Below are positions 1 to 11,300 of a DNA stretch of 64,000 nucleotides, one piece after another. Position 1 is the first letter of the stretch. The number at the start of each line of letters is the position of its first letter. The stretch is from assembly GCA_965153455.1 (NCBI GenBank), contig OZ234493.1:28944213-29008212 (forward strand), given 5' to 3'. Source of the DNA: Sphagnum compactum (taxonomy: Eukaryota). A program made the position numbers and the translations under genes. The notes under the pieces are model-generated. The model made no database searches. It was not told where the DNA came from and saw nothing but the letters and a program-made list of their open reading frames with translations.

Positions 1-2
1 GT

Positions 3-1899
3 ATTGGTGCTATTCTTCGCCAACTTGATGAGGAAGGCAAGGAATATGTTATCGCCTATGCATTCCGAAGCAACAACAAGGCTGAGAGCAACTACTTTTC
101 ATACGAGGGGGACTGTCTTGTTGTTGTATGGGCCATCATACATTTCAGGCCCTATCTTTATGGCACCAAATTCACTTTGTATATCGACCACCAGCCTATC
201 AAATGGTTGATGACCAACGACAAGCTTATTGGCAAGTTAGCTCGTTGGGCGCTTATACTTTAGGAGTAAGAGTTCAAGGTTATTCACCGACCTAGTATTA
301 CACATCAGAACGTAGATACCATGTCGCAAAGACCCCTCACTACCTCTGAAGATTTCTCAAAAGCCAAGCAAGATTTCGACTAGATTCCAGCAGTACATGT
401 ATCTTATGCATCTAGTTATCTTGCACTACTGCAATGTGACTTGGTTGAACATCCCATTGTGGATATATGGGAGGACTTGGACACTCTGAGGTTTTTTCAG
501 CATGGGGAATACCCTCCCCAAGTTACATTAAGTCATCGGGATTGCATATAATAGTGGTCCAAATGCTACTCATGGAGGGACAATCACCTCGTCCGATGCT
601 TACCACAAGGTGATAGAGTGGTTCCTCCACCACATGAACGGCTTGGTCTTATTCAGAAGGTACACTCGGAGCTTGGACACTTTGGAGTTAAACGTACTTA
701 TAGCCTTTTCGTTCCTCATTACCATTGGAGAGGTATGTATGTTCAAGTTCGAAACGTCATTGCTAGGTGTGAACAATGTGATAGGGTGAGATCTTCCTTC
801 TCCTTTTGACAGCTCACGCTTTCTCCACTCCCTATTCAGGGCATGTTCTATTGCTGGTCATGTGATTTAGCTGGAGAGTTACCACAGACCTCCAAGGGTA
901 ATGTCTACATCATGATTATGATTGAACATTTTTCAAAGTGGGTCGAGCTTGTTGCGCTACCGGACAAATCCTCACACAGCACCAGCCAAACTTTTTTACA
1001 ACAAGTCCTAATTAAGTAGGTTTGGGGCTTGTGCTGAGTGCTTTACTGATCAAGGATCAAAATTCAAAGGAGAATTCCAAGACCTACTTGATCATGCTCT
1101 CATTGACCATTGCCGGACTTCAAGGGATCATCCCCAAGCTGATGGCCTTGCAGAGAGGATGGTTCAGACATGCAAGAAAGGACTTCGAAAAATTTGCCTC
1201 ATTGGGAACAAAGAGGATTGGGACTTGGCCCTACCTTACATCGCCATAGGTTACAGGATGACCAAGCACGCCTCTTTGTCTCATTTATCTCCTTACTTTC
1301 TACTTTTTGGGAGACATCCCATTCCACCCTCTTCCATTGCTGCTCAAATGGACCAGGTTTGTGGACTTGGACTCCCCAGCCACTTGGGCTAGGGTCATCG
1401 CAGAGAGGGCTGCTATATTCAGGAGGGTTATGCCCATGGCCATGGAGAACTTGTCCATTGCACAACATTGAGACACCTTACGGTATGCATACACACATGA
1501 GGTGGTAATTATAAACTTAAAGTGAGACAAGTTGATGTTGGTGACTTTGTGTATCTTTAATGGCAACCTAATGATACTTTATACACTTCTTCCGGTCGCA
1601 CTATCTTGAGGATTAAGGCGATCGAGCCTTCAGGTGTGTTGGAGTTGCAAGGAGCTGATAGACGCACAATTCGGGATCACTCCAAAAATTGTGCGCCCTG
1701 CCACCTACCGAACTTAGATCCTACCATCATCACATCGACTTGGATTCCTCCACTTGACTATCCATGTCAAGTATGTCAAAGGACAGATGATGCTGATCAG
1801 ATGCTGCTTTGTGATAATTGTAATGGTGGATACCATTTATTCTGCCTCAAGCCGGAGCTCAGTCAAGTTCCCGTCAGCATTTGGTATTGTTCATCATAA
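3..1899 (+). pseudogene. Decayed pol (RNase H-integrase-PHD finger)
   Basis: Several in-frame stops and frameshifts. The C-terminal ORF 1606-1899 ends in CQVC...MLLCDNC...YHLFCLKP...VP..IWYCSS* (C4HC3 PHD, last Cys lost). Confidence 0.9.
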
Positions 1900-1966
1900 T
1901 CTCCTGTAGCATTTTGATTTTTACTTAGACCATGCCACGCTTTTTTCGGCTTTGGTATGGGGGGGG

Positions 1967-2141
1967 ATACATGAGAATTTCATCTTAGCCTCCTTTTGTG
2001 CATTGTATATATATGTGCGTGCATATGTTTTTGGTTGATTAGTTTCTACCTTTGACTAGTTTTAGTCTTTTTGTTCAATAAAGTTTATTATGGATTTACA
2101 CCCTTACGACACCAAACATCACGACACTACACGTCACAACA
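1967..2141 (+). repeat. 175-bp direct copy (B1) of the terminal 175 bp (B2, 2458-2632) of the LTR unit
   Basis: ATACATGAGAATTTCATC...ACTACACGTCA(CA/TG)ACA occurs twice, equal length, roughly 90% identical by eye. Confidence 0.95.
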
Positions 2142-2143
2142 GT

Positions 2144-2632
2144 TGTCATGCTCGTATGCATGGGCTCATACATGACGGTCGATTACGGGCATGCCAATCA
2201 TGCCTTTTAGGGTTAATGTACGTTCTTAGGTTACTGTATGCTATTAGGTGTTTTAGGGTTATGGCTTGTTTAGGGTTTTAGCTTGTTGACGACTGTATAA
2301 AAAGCCAAGCTCTTCCCTTCTCTTGTTAGTTTTTCTAGAATTCCCTTATCAGGGAAAGTTTCCTCCATAGTCAAACTGGATTTTTAGATGCTCACGGTGG
2401 CTATTACACGGCCACCGTTTACATACACTACATTTTCTTTCCTTCTTTTCAATTTATATACATGAGAATTTCATCTCAGCCTCCTCTTGTGCATTGTATA
2501 TATATGTGCATGCATCTTTTTTTGGTTGATTAGTTTCTACCTTTGATTGGTTTTAGTCTTTTTGTTTAGTAGAGTTTGCTATGGATTTACACCCTTACAA
2601 CACCGAATGTCATGACACTACACGTCATGACA
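2144..2632 (+). repeat. 3' LTR-like terminal unit (TGTCATG...CATGACA, 489 bp)
   Basis: 7-bp terminal inverted repeat with TG...CA ends; TATA-like TATAAA near 2296; the right end abuts the interrupted LINE ORF2. Confidence 0.75.
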
Positions 2633-5600
2633 ATTACGAACAAGGGTTTTGACTTTCTTTAAAGATGAAAGAGATATGTTTGCATAAGAAGTTGTGTACC
2701 ACATAGATGCAAGGATGATTTGATTTGCAACTAGTATCCTTCCAACAATTGACAGGCACTTAGAACTCCAAGATGTTAACTTCCCTTTCACTAATTGCAG
2801 CACCTTATTATCCTTCTCCTTTTGCGACATTTCGAAGTTGATTGGGAACCCAAAATATTTAGCTTTGTTGTCTAGTGTTAACCAAAGTAACCCTTTGTCC
2901 TCCCCCCAAGACCATTATTTATTCTTCTTGGAAACCCATATGGCACATGACTTGTGCCAATTAACCTTCCCTCTTGAAGCTTCACAAAATCTTTGAAGAA
3001 CTTGGAATGGCTTTTGCGAGTTGTTTGGGTTCCTTTCTAGAAACATCATTGTGTCATTCGCAAACACTTGATTTCGAATTTGGGTACCATCAGGAAAAGT
3101 TAATCCTTCAATTTCGTATCTTGGATCAAAAATTCATATAACCTAATACATTTGCCACAAAGAGATAAAGATAAGGTGCTATGGGACATCCTTGACGAAC
3201 TACTCTCTCCATTTGAAAGGATTTTCCTTTTTGTCCATTCACCCCCACCAAAGTCTTTGCCTCTTCATACAATGTTGCTTTCTATTGAATCCATTGGTTT
3301 GAGAAACCTAGCTTTCTCATTGACTCTTGCAAGAATGTCCAATTAATTTTATCATATCCTTTCTCAAAATCGAGAAGAAGCATGACTAGGTCTTGGTCAC
3401 TTTCATTCGCCCACTCCATTGCCTCAAAAGCTAAAAACACATTGTCTAGAATAAATCTACCATGAAAAAAACCCATTTGGGTTGGTCTTATCCATAAGGG
3501 TAAAGAGGATTGAAGTCTACTAGCTAATGTCTTTGAAGCAATCTTGTATGTGGATCCCAACACTAAGATTGGTTTATAATTAGTGATGAGACTATGATCC
3601 CCTAGCTTTGGGATGAGTGATTGTAGACCAACCTTTAGCTCCTTATGCATCCTTCCTTCTTGAAATGTCTCCTGAAAAAGGTTTTTGATGTCCTCTCCTA
3701 CCTCTTGCCACATTTCATGGAATAATTCCATAGGGATGCCATCTACCCTTGGAGCCTTATGTTTGGGAAGATCCATTGTTGCCCTATGCACTTCAATGTT
3801 TGAGAACTCTTGTAGTAAGAACATATTTTGATCCTCTTTTACTATTGTTGGTACACTGTTGAGACATTGTAGTCTTGCTTAAATATTGTTTTCCACTAGA
3901 GGATCTTTTGTGTAGGCAATGGTAAAAAAAATTGAGCATATTGTTTTATGTCTTCATCTAAAATAGTTTGCCCACCATCTAGCACCTCTTTTGATCATAA
4001 TGAATAGCATATGAGCTTTATGGAATTCAAAGAATTTTCAAAAGCACCTGTTTCCAATTGAAATCCACTTGGTTGCCATTGCATTCTTGGTGGACTCTAA
4101 CTTATCCATTCTTGCATTCTCTAGCAATTCTTGGGCTCTATTAAGCTTATCCCAAGTTTGATCATTAACCCAGTTTGCTATGAGTTCTTCCTCTACTGCA
4201 TCTATTTGTACAAACTATTATGAGTCAACTTTTTGCCTTGTGTTTTGAGTTTCTTTGTGATCACATCACTTTCCTTCTTGGTGTAGAATAAAGCTCTAGC
4301 CACTTGTGCACCAAGTCCTTGGCTTGCTACCTCCTCCATCCCTTATTTCCAAGCTTCCAATAACTGGTGTTTTGTATGTAACAGTTGCAAATTGAATCCC
4401 ATTTGGCTCCTTCTTTTATGGGTTTGTGAAGATAGTTGTAGAAAAGTAGGAGAATGGTCAGAGATATGGACCATTATAGACCAAATCTTGACCTCGCCTC
4501 CTATCTGTTGAACATTAACATTTATGTAGAACCTATCTAGGTGTGACCAAATTAGAGATGGAGACCTTTTACACTAGGTAAAATTCTTCTGCCCTATTCT
4601 CCTAAATTCATTTAGGTTCCATGCATCCATTAGCTCTAAGCTTGCAATGAATGCATTCCATGCATTAGATTCCCTCCCTCCCATGGTGTTGCCAAAGTAA
4701 CCTTGACTATGATCTTCAACTGATTCCACATTGTTGAAGTCTCCTCCTATGATCCATTTGGCTTCAGGTAATGCCACATTTGTTAGGGTTTGCCAAAGTC
4801 TTGCATGCCCTGTAGTGTAGTTTTGTGCATAAATGCACATTATTACCACCTTTATAGCAGAGGATAATTTGAAAATCAGTTATTGAACCCTTCTAGAAAT
4901 GATTACTCCATGTTTTTCCACCAATGGTGCTAACCTAAAAGATAATATTATTGATGTGCCTCCTTTGGATTTTTATTTTTTTGCTGATAATAGAGCATTA
5001 TTCCAAAACTTGTTTTTCCTTTGAAGTCCATTTGGCTTATGTTCTTTAAACAATCTTGCATACCCATGTGATGCTCCTGAAGTAAAATTACTTCTAGCTC
5101 ATGTGAAGTTTTCCTAAAAACCTTACGCATGTCACAACGTCGCCTAATGCCTTGAATCCCTTGGCCAAGACTTTTAATGAAACTATCACCACATCTTGCT
5201 TATTCATCGATTAAATGAAAGTTTTCCAGTAGAGTCTGTTGGGAGTGTCCTTCCTTTTCTACCATAATTTCAAATGCGTTTTTGCTTTGCTTGGAAGCTA
5301 GTCTTGTTGGGGAGATATCCTTGTTCATCACTTCTCTGCCTACTAGAGGGTATACGATTATATCAGCATCTTGGATATGAATCTTCCCACCCAAACTTGC
5401 TCCTATGGCCATTACTCTTTCCACTTCTACTGGATCTGGAAGTTGCCCAAACCTATTTGGCTTTTGGAGGTGTATCTCTTCTTTGTTCATTGGATTGATT
5501 GCCATCCAAACACAATGTTGTGACCTCTCATTTCCTTCTAGCCATGTGTAGTACGAAGAGGCATCATTCCATGTCTTGAAAGGATTTCCTTTGTTATGTT

Positions 5601-7700
5601 CATTTATGATGATTTTGCGCAACTGTAGAAAGGTTTCACTCACAATTTGCTTTTTCACTAGTTTGATGTCCATCAAGTTACTCCTTTTGTGATAGACACT
5701 TGAGCTATTGTTATTCATTTTCCTCCTTGTTCCTAAAGGTCTTTAAGGATATGTGTCTTTTTTTCACCCTTTTCATTAATTTCAAATATCACAAAGATTG
5801 GAAAAATTCTGCCCCTTTTAACAACTAATTTGGATAGCTAGCAAACAATGATTTCCAAAAATCCATTGGTAGTGAAATGGTTTTATACCCCTTCTTCACA
5901 TATTCAACCTCCTTTTAATTGATGTTAGTAATTGAAGGTGAGTTGATTTTCCTTCCTCTCCTTTGCCCCTTGAATCCTCCAAATGAATTCCATTTTGTTG
6001 TCCTCATTTGGAGAAATTGGTGCATCACGAGAGTCCTTAGATTGAGGATTCGGTGAAGATGTAACATGTGACTCTTCAACTTCCAAAAAACATTTGGAGC
6101 TCAATGGGTTTTAATCAAAAGATTGGGGTGAAAGTGCTGGAGTTGTTGAGGTGTCCTTTGAGATTGATGCTCCTAAGATGAAGGGTTGCACCCCTTCCTT
6201 CAAAGTTGTTGCATAGTGCCCTTTCCTTGCCTGTTTAACTTCTCGTGGAAGAAAGTTGTCTAATTACAATCCAATGTCTGTTTATGGTGTTGACAATTGA
6301 AGAGATTCTTGAAGTGTTGGGAAGTTCTCCATAATGCCCACCATCTGATGCCTTGAGTTGTCATCCTTCTTTGTGGCAGTAACATCCTTTGGAAAGTTTT
6401 TGTTTGGGTGTTTGTTTTTCCAACTAACTATTGAGCAAGTAAGTTAGTGGAAGATTTCCCCTTCGCCTCTCCATATTTTCTTGAGGTTTCTCCATCACCA
6501 TTTCTATTGTCGAAACCTTCTTGACTTGGCTTGTCTTTAATGCAATTTTGCTTTGCTAGCTTGTTGCTCTTCCAAGTTGGTTAGATTTCCTCCTCTATTG
6601 GACTTGGTATCTTGTTCTTTCTACCCTTTTCTTGGGTGAGCAACCTTTTCATGAACCCCTATTCCTTTGGCTTTCCAAAAGTTTGTGTGCCCTTCTTTAC
6701 TATTTTTTTTGGTTTGCCTTAACTTTGTTTGGTTTTCAATTAGGGAGCTTTGATTTTGCAATAAGGTCAACACATGGGGCTTTTCCATCTTGAAATGGGT
6801 GAGGTTGCGGAGGAGTAGCTTCACTTCTAGTCTTCCTACTTAAGCTTTTTTGGAGGGCAAACTTTAGTAAGGTGACCATGGGCCCTACATCTATTACACT
6901 AGTTAGGCAAGTTTTCAATGTTCCCTACCACCATTCTAATTTGAGGGCTTGCTATTTTTTAAACATAAGTGTATGAAAGTTCTATTCGAAGAACTTTTCC
7001 AATTTTCCTTGCAAGGATGTGGAGACAAGTTTCATTTATGAGATATTGGTTTAGACCTAAGAATTGTACCCACAATGGATATTGGAGCAAGTTACTGATT
7101 CCTCTTTGTTTGAGGCAAAACTAGGATGCCATGTTGAAAAGACTACATCTGTTCCTTCATAATTGAAAGAATTTTCAAGAATGTGTTTGTAGCTTATCTT
7201 GCTTCAAAGAAGCCTTTTCCTACTTGAGCAAAGGATTGAAGAGAATCATGTAATGTTGAAAAGGCCCAGGCTTTTAAAGCTTTAAAACCAAGGTTGGGAC
7301 CTTGAATTTGACCCAAAACTGTCACCTTTGTTGTTGCCTATCAAAATTGGTTGAAAATATCTTGATATTTCTTTGAAAAGGCTACGGTGAACAAGCCTTC
7401 TTCGCTTTGTGGCTGTGTTCCAAAGTTGTTGAAAACTTTTCCAGCAACTTTCTATGCTTCTGCCTCTCCAAATTCTTGGGTTGTCATGTTCTCACTTGCC
7501 GTTGCTAAAGAAAGTGGTTGGTTTGGAGTTATAGCTTCAGCTCCAAGTTGCACTGGATGTGTTTCTTTACTGCCCATTACCATCTCTCTTTCCACCTCCA
7601 CTTCCTCTCCTCGTACAAGAAAAAACCTAAACCTTGATTATATCCCTAGAAACTAGTTATAAATCCATCTAGAAGCTCAACAAGAAAAGCTTTACCATTT
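2633..7700 (-). mobile_element. L1-like LINE (ORF1 plus APE-RT ORF2), decayed, 3' part interrupted by the gypsy element
   Basis: ORF1 has a DUF4283-like segment VTVLGQIQGPNLGFKALKAWAFSTLH...VGKGFFEA (~7200-7330). APE motifs ILLQEHH and WIIGGDFN (4574-5130). RT motifs KAPRVDGIP, LLDFEKGYD, RQGCPIAPYL, FANDT (3050-3824); KLTSWSSKCLSIVGR follows the RT. 5' boundary approximate. Confidence 0.9.
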
Positions 7701-8282
7701 GTTTTGCTCTACCATCTAAGCTACATCCTTGACTATGCTTTGTCTAACCTTTAACCAACTGAGCTTGCTCTACTTATCGCTTTATCCATTGGGCCACATG
7801 GTTGGCTTTTTGTTTTGTAGATCCAAAATTTTCAAAACAACAAACATGAACATTGCCTTGTCAACATATTTTTAGTGATACACACTAGATTGTTCCATGG
7901 CACTGAATACAATGTGTCTATTATTATTTATAACCATTACTTGGTGAAATTTTCAGAATTAAAAAACCAAGTGTCGAAGTTAAGATTTAAAATTTAATTA
8001 ATTATTCAGTAGTTTGTTGTTGAAATAGTAAAGGTACTACGATATTCAAGCACATTTTGCACTCATAACCTTACATGTTATGAATGTTCCAAAGGGCACA
8101 TAACATGCCCAGTAACATGGTTACATTACTCTAGGTAGGAAGTCTAGTACATGAGATTTTAGGATTCAAAAAAAGGCCCATGCAGAGGTGATGTGCAATG
8201 TGCATGGTTGTGAAATGAAGGTGTCAATTGATTTTAAAGTCCTCAAAGCTAATGATGATGATGATGAGTTGATTTTAGTGTA

Positions 8283-8392
8283 AGGTAAAGTCCTAGGGTG
8301 GGGGTATTCTCAAAATAAAGGGCCTAGGACAAGGCAATAGCGGAGTCCGGCCCCCACATTTTGGGAATGTCCCACACTCGTGGGCTTTACCT
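8283..8392. repeat. Small foldback / MITE-like element
   Basis: AGGTAAAGTCCTAGGGTGGGGGTATTCTCAAAAT pairs imperfectly with the reverse complement of ATTTTGGGAATGTCCCACACTCGTGGGCTTTACCT (~34-bp arms). Confidence 0.5.
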
Positions 8393-11300
8393 ATTGTGAA
8401 GCATGACAACTATTTACACAGATTAGCTTAGTACAAGATGTCCACCAAATGGAATAGTCTTGGGTTTTGCCTAATCCTCCGAATCCAAGAAGATTTGGAA
8501 AAAAGATGTGTGATTTGTGAATCCATGTGACATGTGAATTGTGCCTTGATGTTGAGAATCAAGTGATCCAGCTTGTCAGCACATGTAGCAGTTGTCTTTT
8601 TCGGAGTCCATGGTGATTTCGATGGTTTTGGAACTGTCATGCGGTTTCATTACACATGGACACCATAGCATAGTGGGTGGATCAGATTTAGTCTAAATTA
8701 ATCATTATCCAAACAACTCAGCAGCACTGGATTAGCTTAATTTAAATGGGGACTTCTTCACCTAATTATCTCTTGCCACTTCCTCGGTTTTATATGCCTT
8801 CATATGTTTTTATGCAATTTCCACAGACAAAGTCTGATCTTTTGTCATTGCCTAATACTTTCTCATTCACCTCCCTTAGTTAGTTTCTCATAATGGAGGA
8901 TCCTGAAACTTCACACTTAAAAAGAAATGCACAAACACTTAATTCAACAGATTTAACATCAATAGAAGTATGATCTCACTTCTTTGATTTGGTCAACTAG
9001 CTACCACCCAACACAGCCCTGTGATCATGAGTTCAGAAGAATTAAATTTTATTTTCATTTATAGAAATTTGGAAGTGTTTGCTAAAAACCTGATTTGCTT
9101 TTGGCTTCGGTCATCAAGACTCCCTAACACCCAAGTAGTCCTAAGTGCATTTGAAGTATCCACATGCTACTTACTCACGGCCTTTACGGCATCTCAGATA
9201 GTCTCCACTAACAACATTACCCTGAAGAATTAGAAGACAACTATCCCCTATTGTTCTTCTAGTGATCCTATAGCCTCTGGTTGTATTAGGGTTACTAACC
9301 ATTCATTAGTTAAGATTGATCAATTACAGACTGTTCAATGTGTTCATTACCTGAACTGTCAGTTAGACTGTTTTAGTGGTTATGTCAACTCATTTAGTTT
9401 AACGATTAAGTTTGGATGTCTTGATTTTGTGGTTTTTGTAGATCGTTTGCTTGATTACCGATTATAAGAAGACACTGCAACTTACGATCTGCTTCATCCC
9501 GTTCACAAGAAGAACAACCCATAAATAAATTTCAAAGCCTCAAATTCAGTTAACCTTTGGGTTCTTGTTATGTTTTTTCTTTAGTAGTTGGGTTTTTAGG
9601 TCCGAATATTCTTGATGAATAAAAAAGCTTCAAGCATGTTAAACACTATTTTACCTTCGTTCCTGGTTTGAATTTGTGTGTGCATGTTGTGCACACAGAA
9701 GAAAATTTCTAGTGTATTGGAGGGCGGGGGGGGGGAGGGGGGGAGCACCCTACCGAGCCCTTAAGGTAATGGCCTTAGAGCATGGCATTCCCAAATAAGC
9801 GCTGTGCCCCTCAGCTCCGCCCTATTAGGTAGTGACCAAGGAGCATAGAGCCAAAAGAGCTAACAACAATTTTTGAAGGTATGTATGTATGTATGTATTA
9901 AGGAGCAGCCCAGTGGGTATCTGAGAGACAGAGAGATCTGGAGTTCTAAAATTTGCAAAGTGATGAATTAGAGCACCACCAGTAGACACAGAGCTGAGAT
10001 CACAGCAGCAGAAAGAGCAGCTAACTTTAGCAGCAGCAACAGAGCTCCCTCCCACCACCACCACCACCACTACTTACTAGACTACTTTAGACTCTATTAG
10101 AGCTGCTGTTGCTGCTGCTGCAACAACAACAAAAAGGATTGTCATTAATGCTGTGGCCACATCCACCACAGAAGTGTTTCCAGATTGTCTTCATTCCCTT
10201 GCTGCTGAGCTGAGCTGAGCTCTCAGCTCAGCTCAGCTCAGCTCCCCCTATGAGCATAGATTCTGTGCTGCAGAATGCCATCAATTGCTCTCCTGCTCCC
10301 TGACACTCCACATTCAATGATTCATTCTACTCTAATATTTTTTGCACACATATTATGCACCAGCTGATCTTGCTTGTATCCCATCAATGATGACGACGAC
10401 GATGATGATTGGATTCACTGCTCTTCTTGCATTTGGCAGCTAATGATCAATAGCTCCATGTCCTTCTTGTTGTATTAGTAGCTTTAGTTGCAACAAAATT
10501 ATTATTAGTATTAGCATGTAATTACAGCTCTTCTTTTTTTCTCACTAGCTAACTGCAGATTATTATTTCATGCATTACTTACATGTAGGTGGAGGAGTGG
10601 TACAGTAGTAGTGGTGGTGGTAGGAGGAGGAGGAGAAGGAAGAAGAGGAGGAAGAGGAAGAGCTGGAGGACTAGCTAGCACTCAGGTGCTTAGCAGCCAG
10701 TGGCCATGGGCAGCCTTCTTCCTGCTGCAGCAGAACCATAATTGGGTTTTTGCCAGAGCTGCTGCTGATGGTACTACTGGGTGTGTTGACTGGTGATGAT
10801 CTGCATCATCATCATCTGTCTTTTGTTCTTGGTATTTTAGTCAGCACTGCTGCATCAGACTAGAGGGAGGAAAAAAAAAAGTAGCTCTCAGCCATGTGCA
10901 TAGATTGCAAAATCTACGAGCCCAGGCAGTGGTGTACTGTTATTCCAAGATCCTCAAAGCCACACAGAGAGAGAGAGTGTGTGTGTGTTTTGAGAGAGAG
11001 CGGAAGAGAAAAGACAGGATCATCTTCTTTCTGGTTTGCACTGAGTGGCTGCAGGAGGAGGAGCATTGGGTGAGAGAGGGATGATGAAGAGAGTGCATTC
11101 TCAATGCAGGCATGAAAGGGGAGGTGATGAAGACTTAGGGAAGACTTGTTGCTACATCATAGCAGGTCTTGGGAAGTAGTATTGTGGTAGCACAAACTGG
11201 ACATCAGTAGCAGCTCAGGGACCAAGTTTGTGTTTTTGATCCTCTGTTGACTAGTGTATGTTGCAATGGTGCTTGCTGCTCAGCAGCAGCTGGCCATGGC

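Larger units (their letters stand above)
1..2632 (+). mobile_element. Ty3/gypsy LTR retrotransposon, 3' part (RNase H, integrase, PHD finger, terminal repeats); decayed; continues left of the window
   Basis: Frame from nt 3 reads IGAILRQLDEEGKEYVIAYAFRSNNKAESNY...DHQPIKWL...KLARWAL (gypsy RNase H). Then HSELGH...CEQC (integrase Zn motif), WSCDLAG, TDQGS, HPQADGLAERMVQT (DDE core). The order RH then INT is gypsy-type. G8 tract at 1959-1966; element ends TCATGACA at 2632. Confidence 0.93.

Noticed and set aside
1967-2632. DIRS/Ngaro tyrosine-recombinase element suggested by the B-A-B repeats
   Set aside because: The adjacent coding region is a DDE integrase with an HHCC motif; no YR motifs seen.
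9825-11084. Short ORFs upstream of the RLK
   Set aside because: Products of trinucleotide and GA repeats in the leader; low complexity, no domain.
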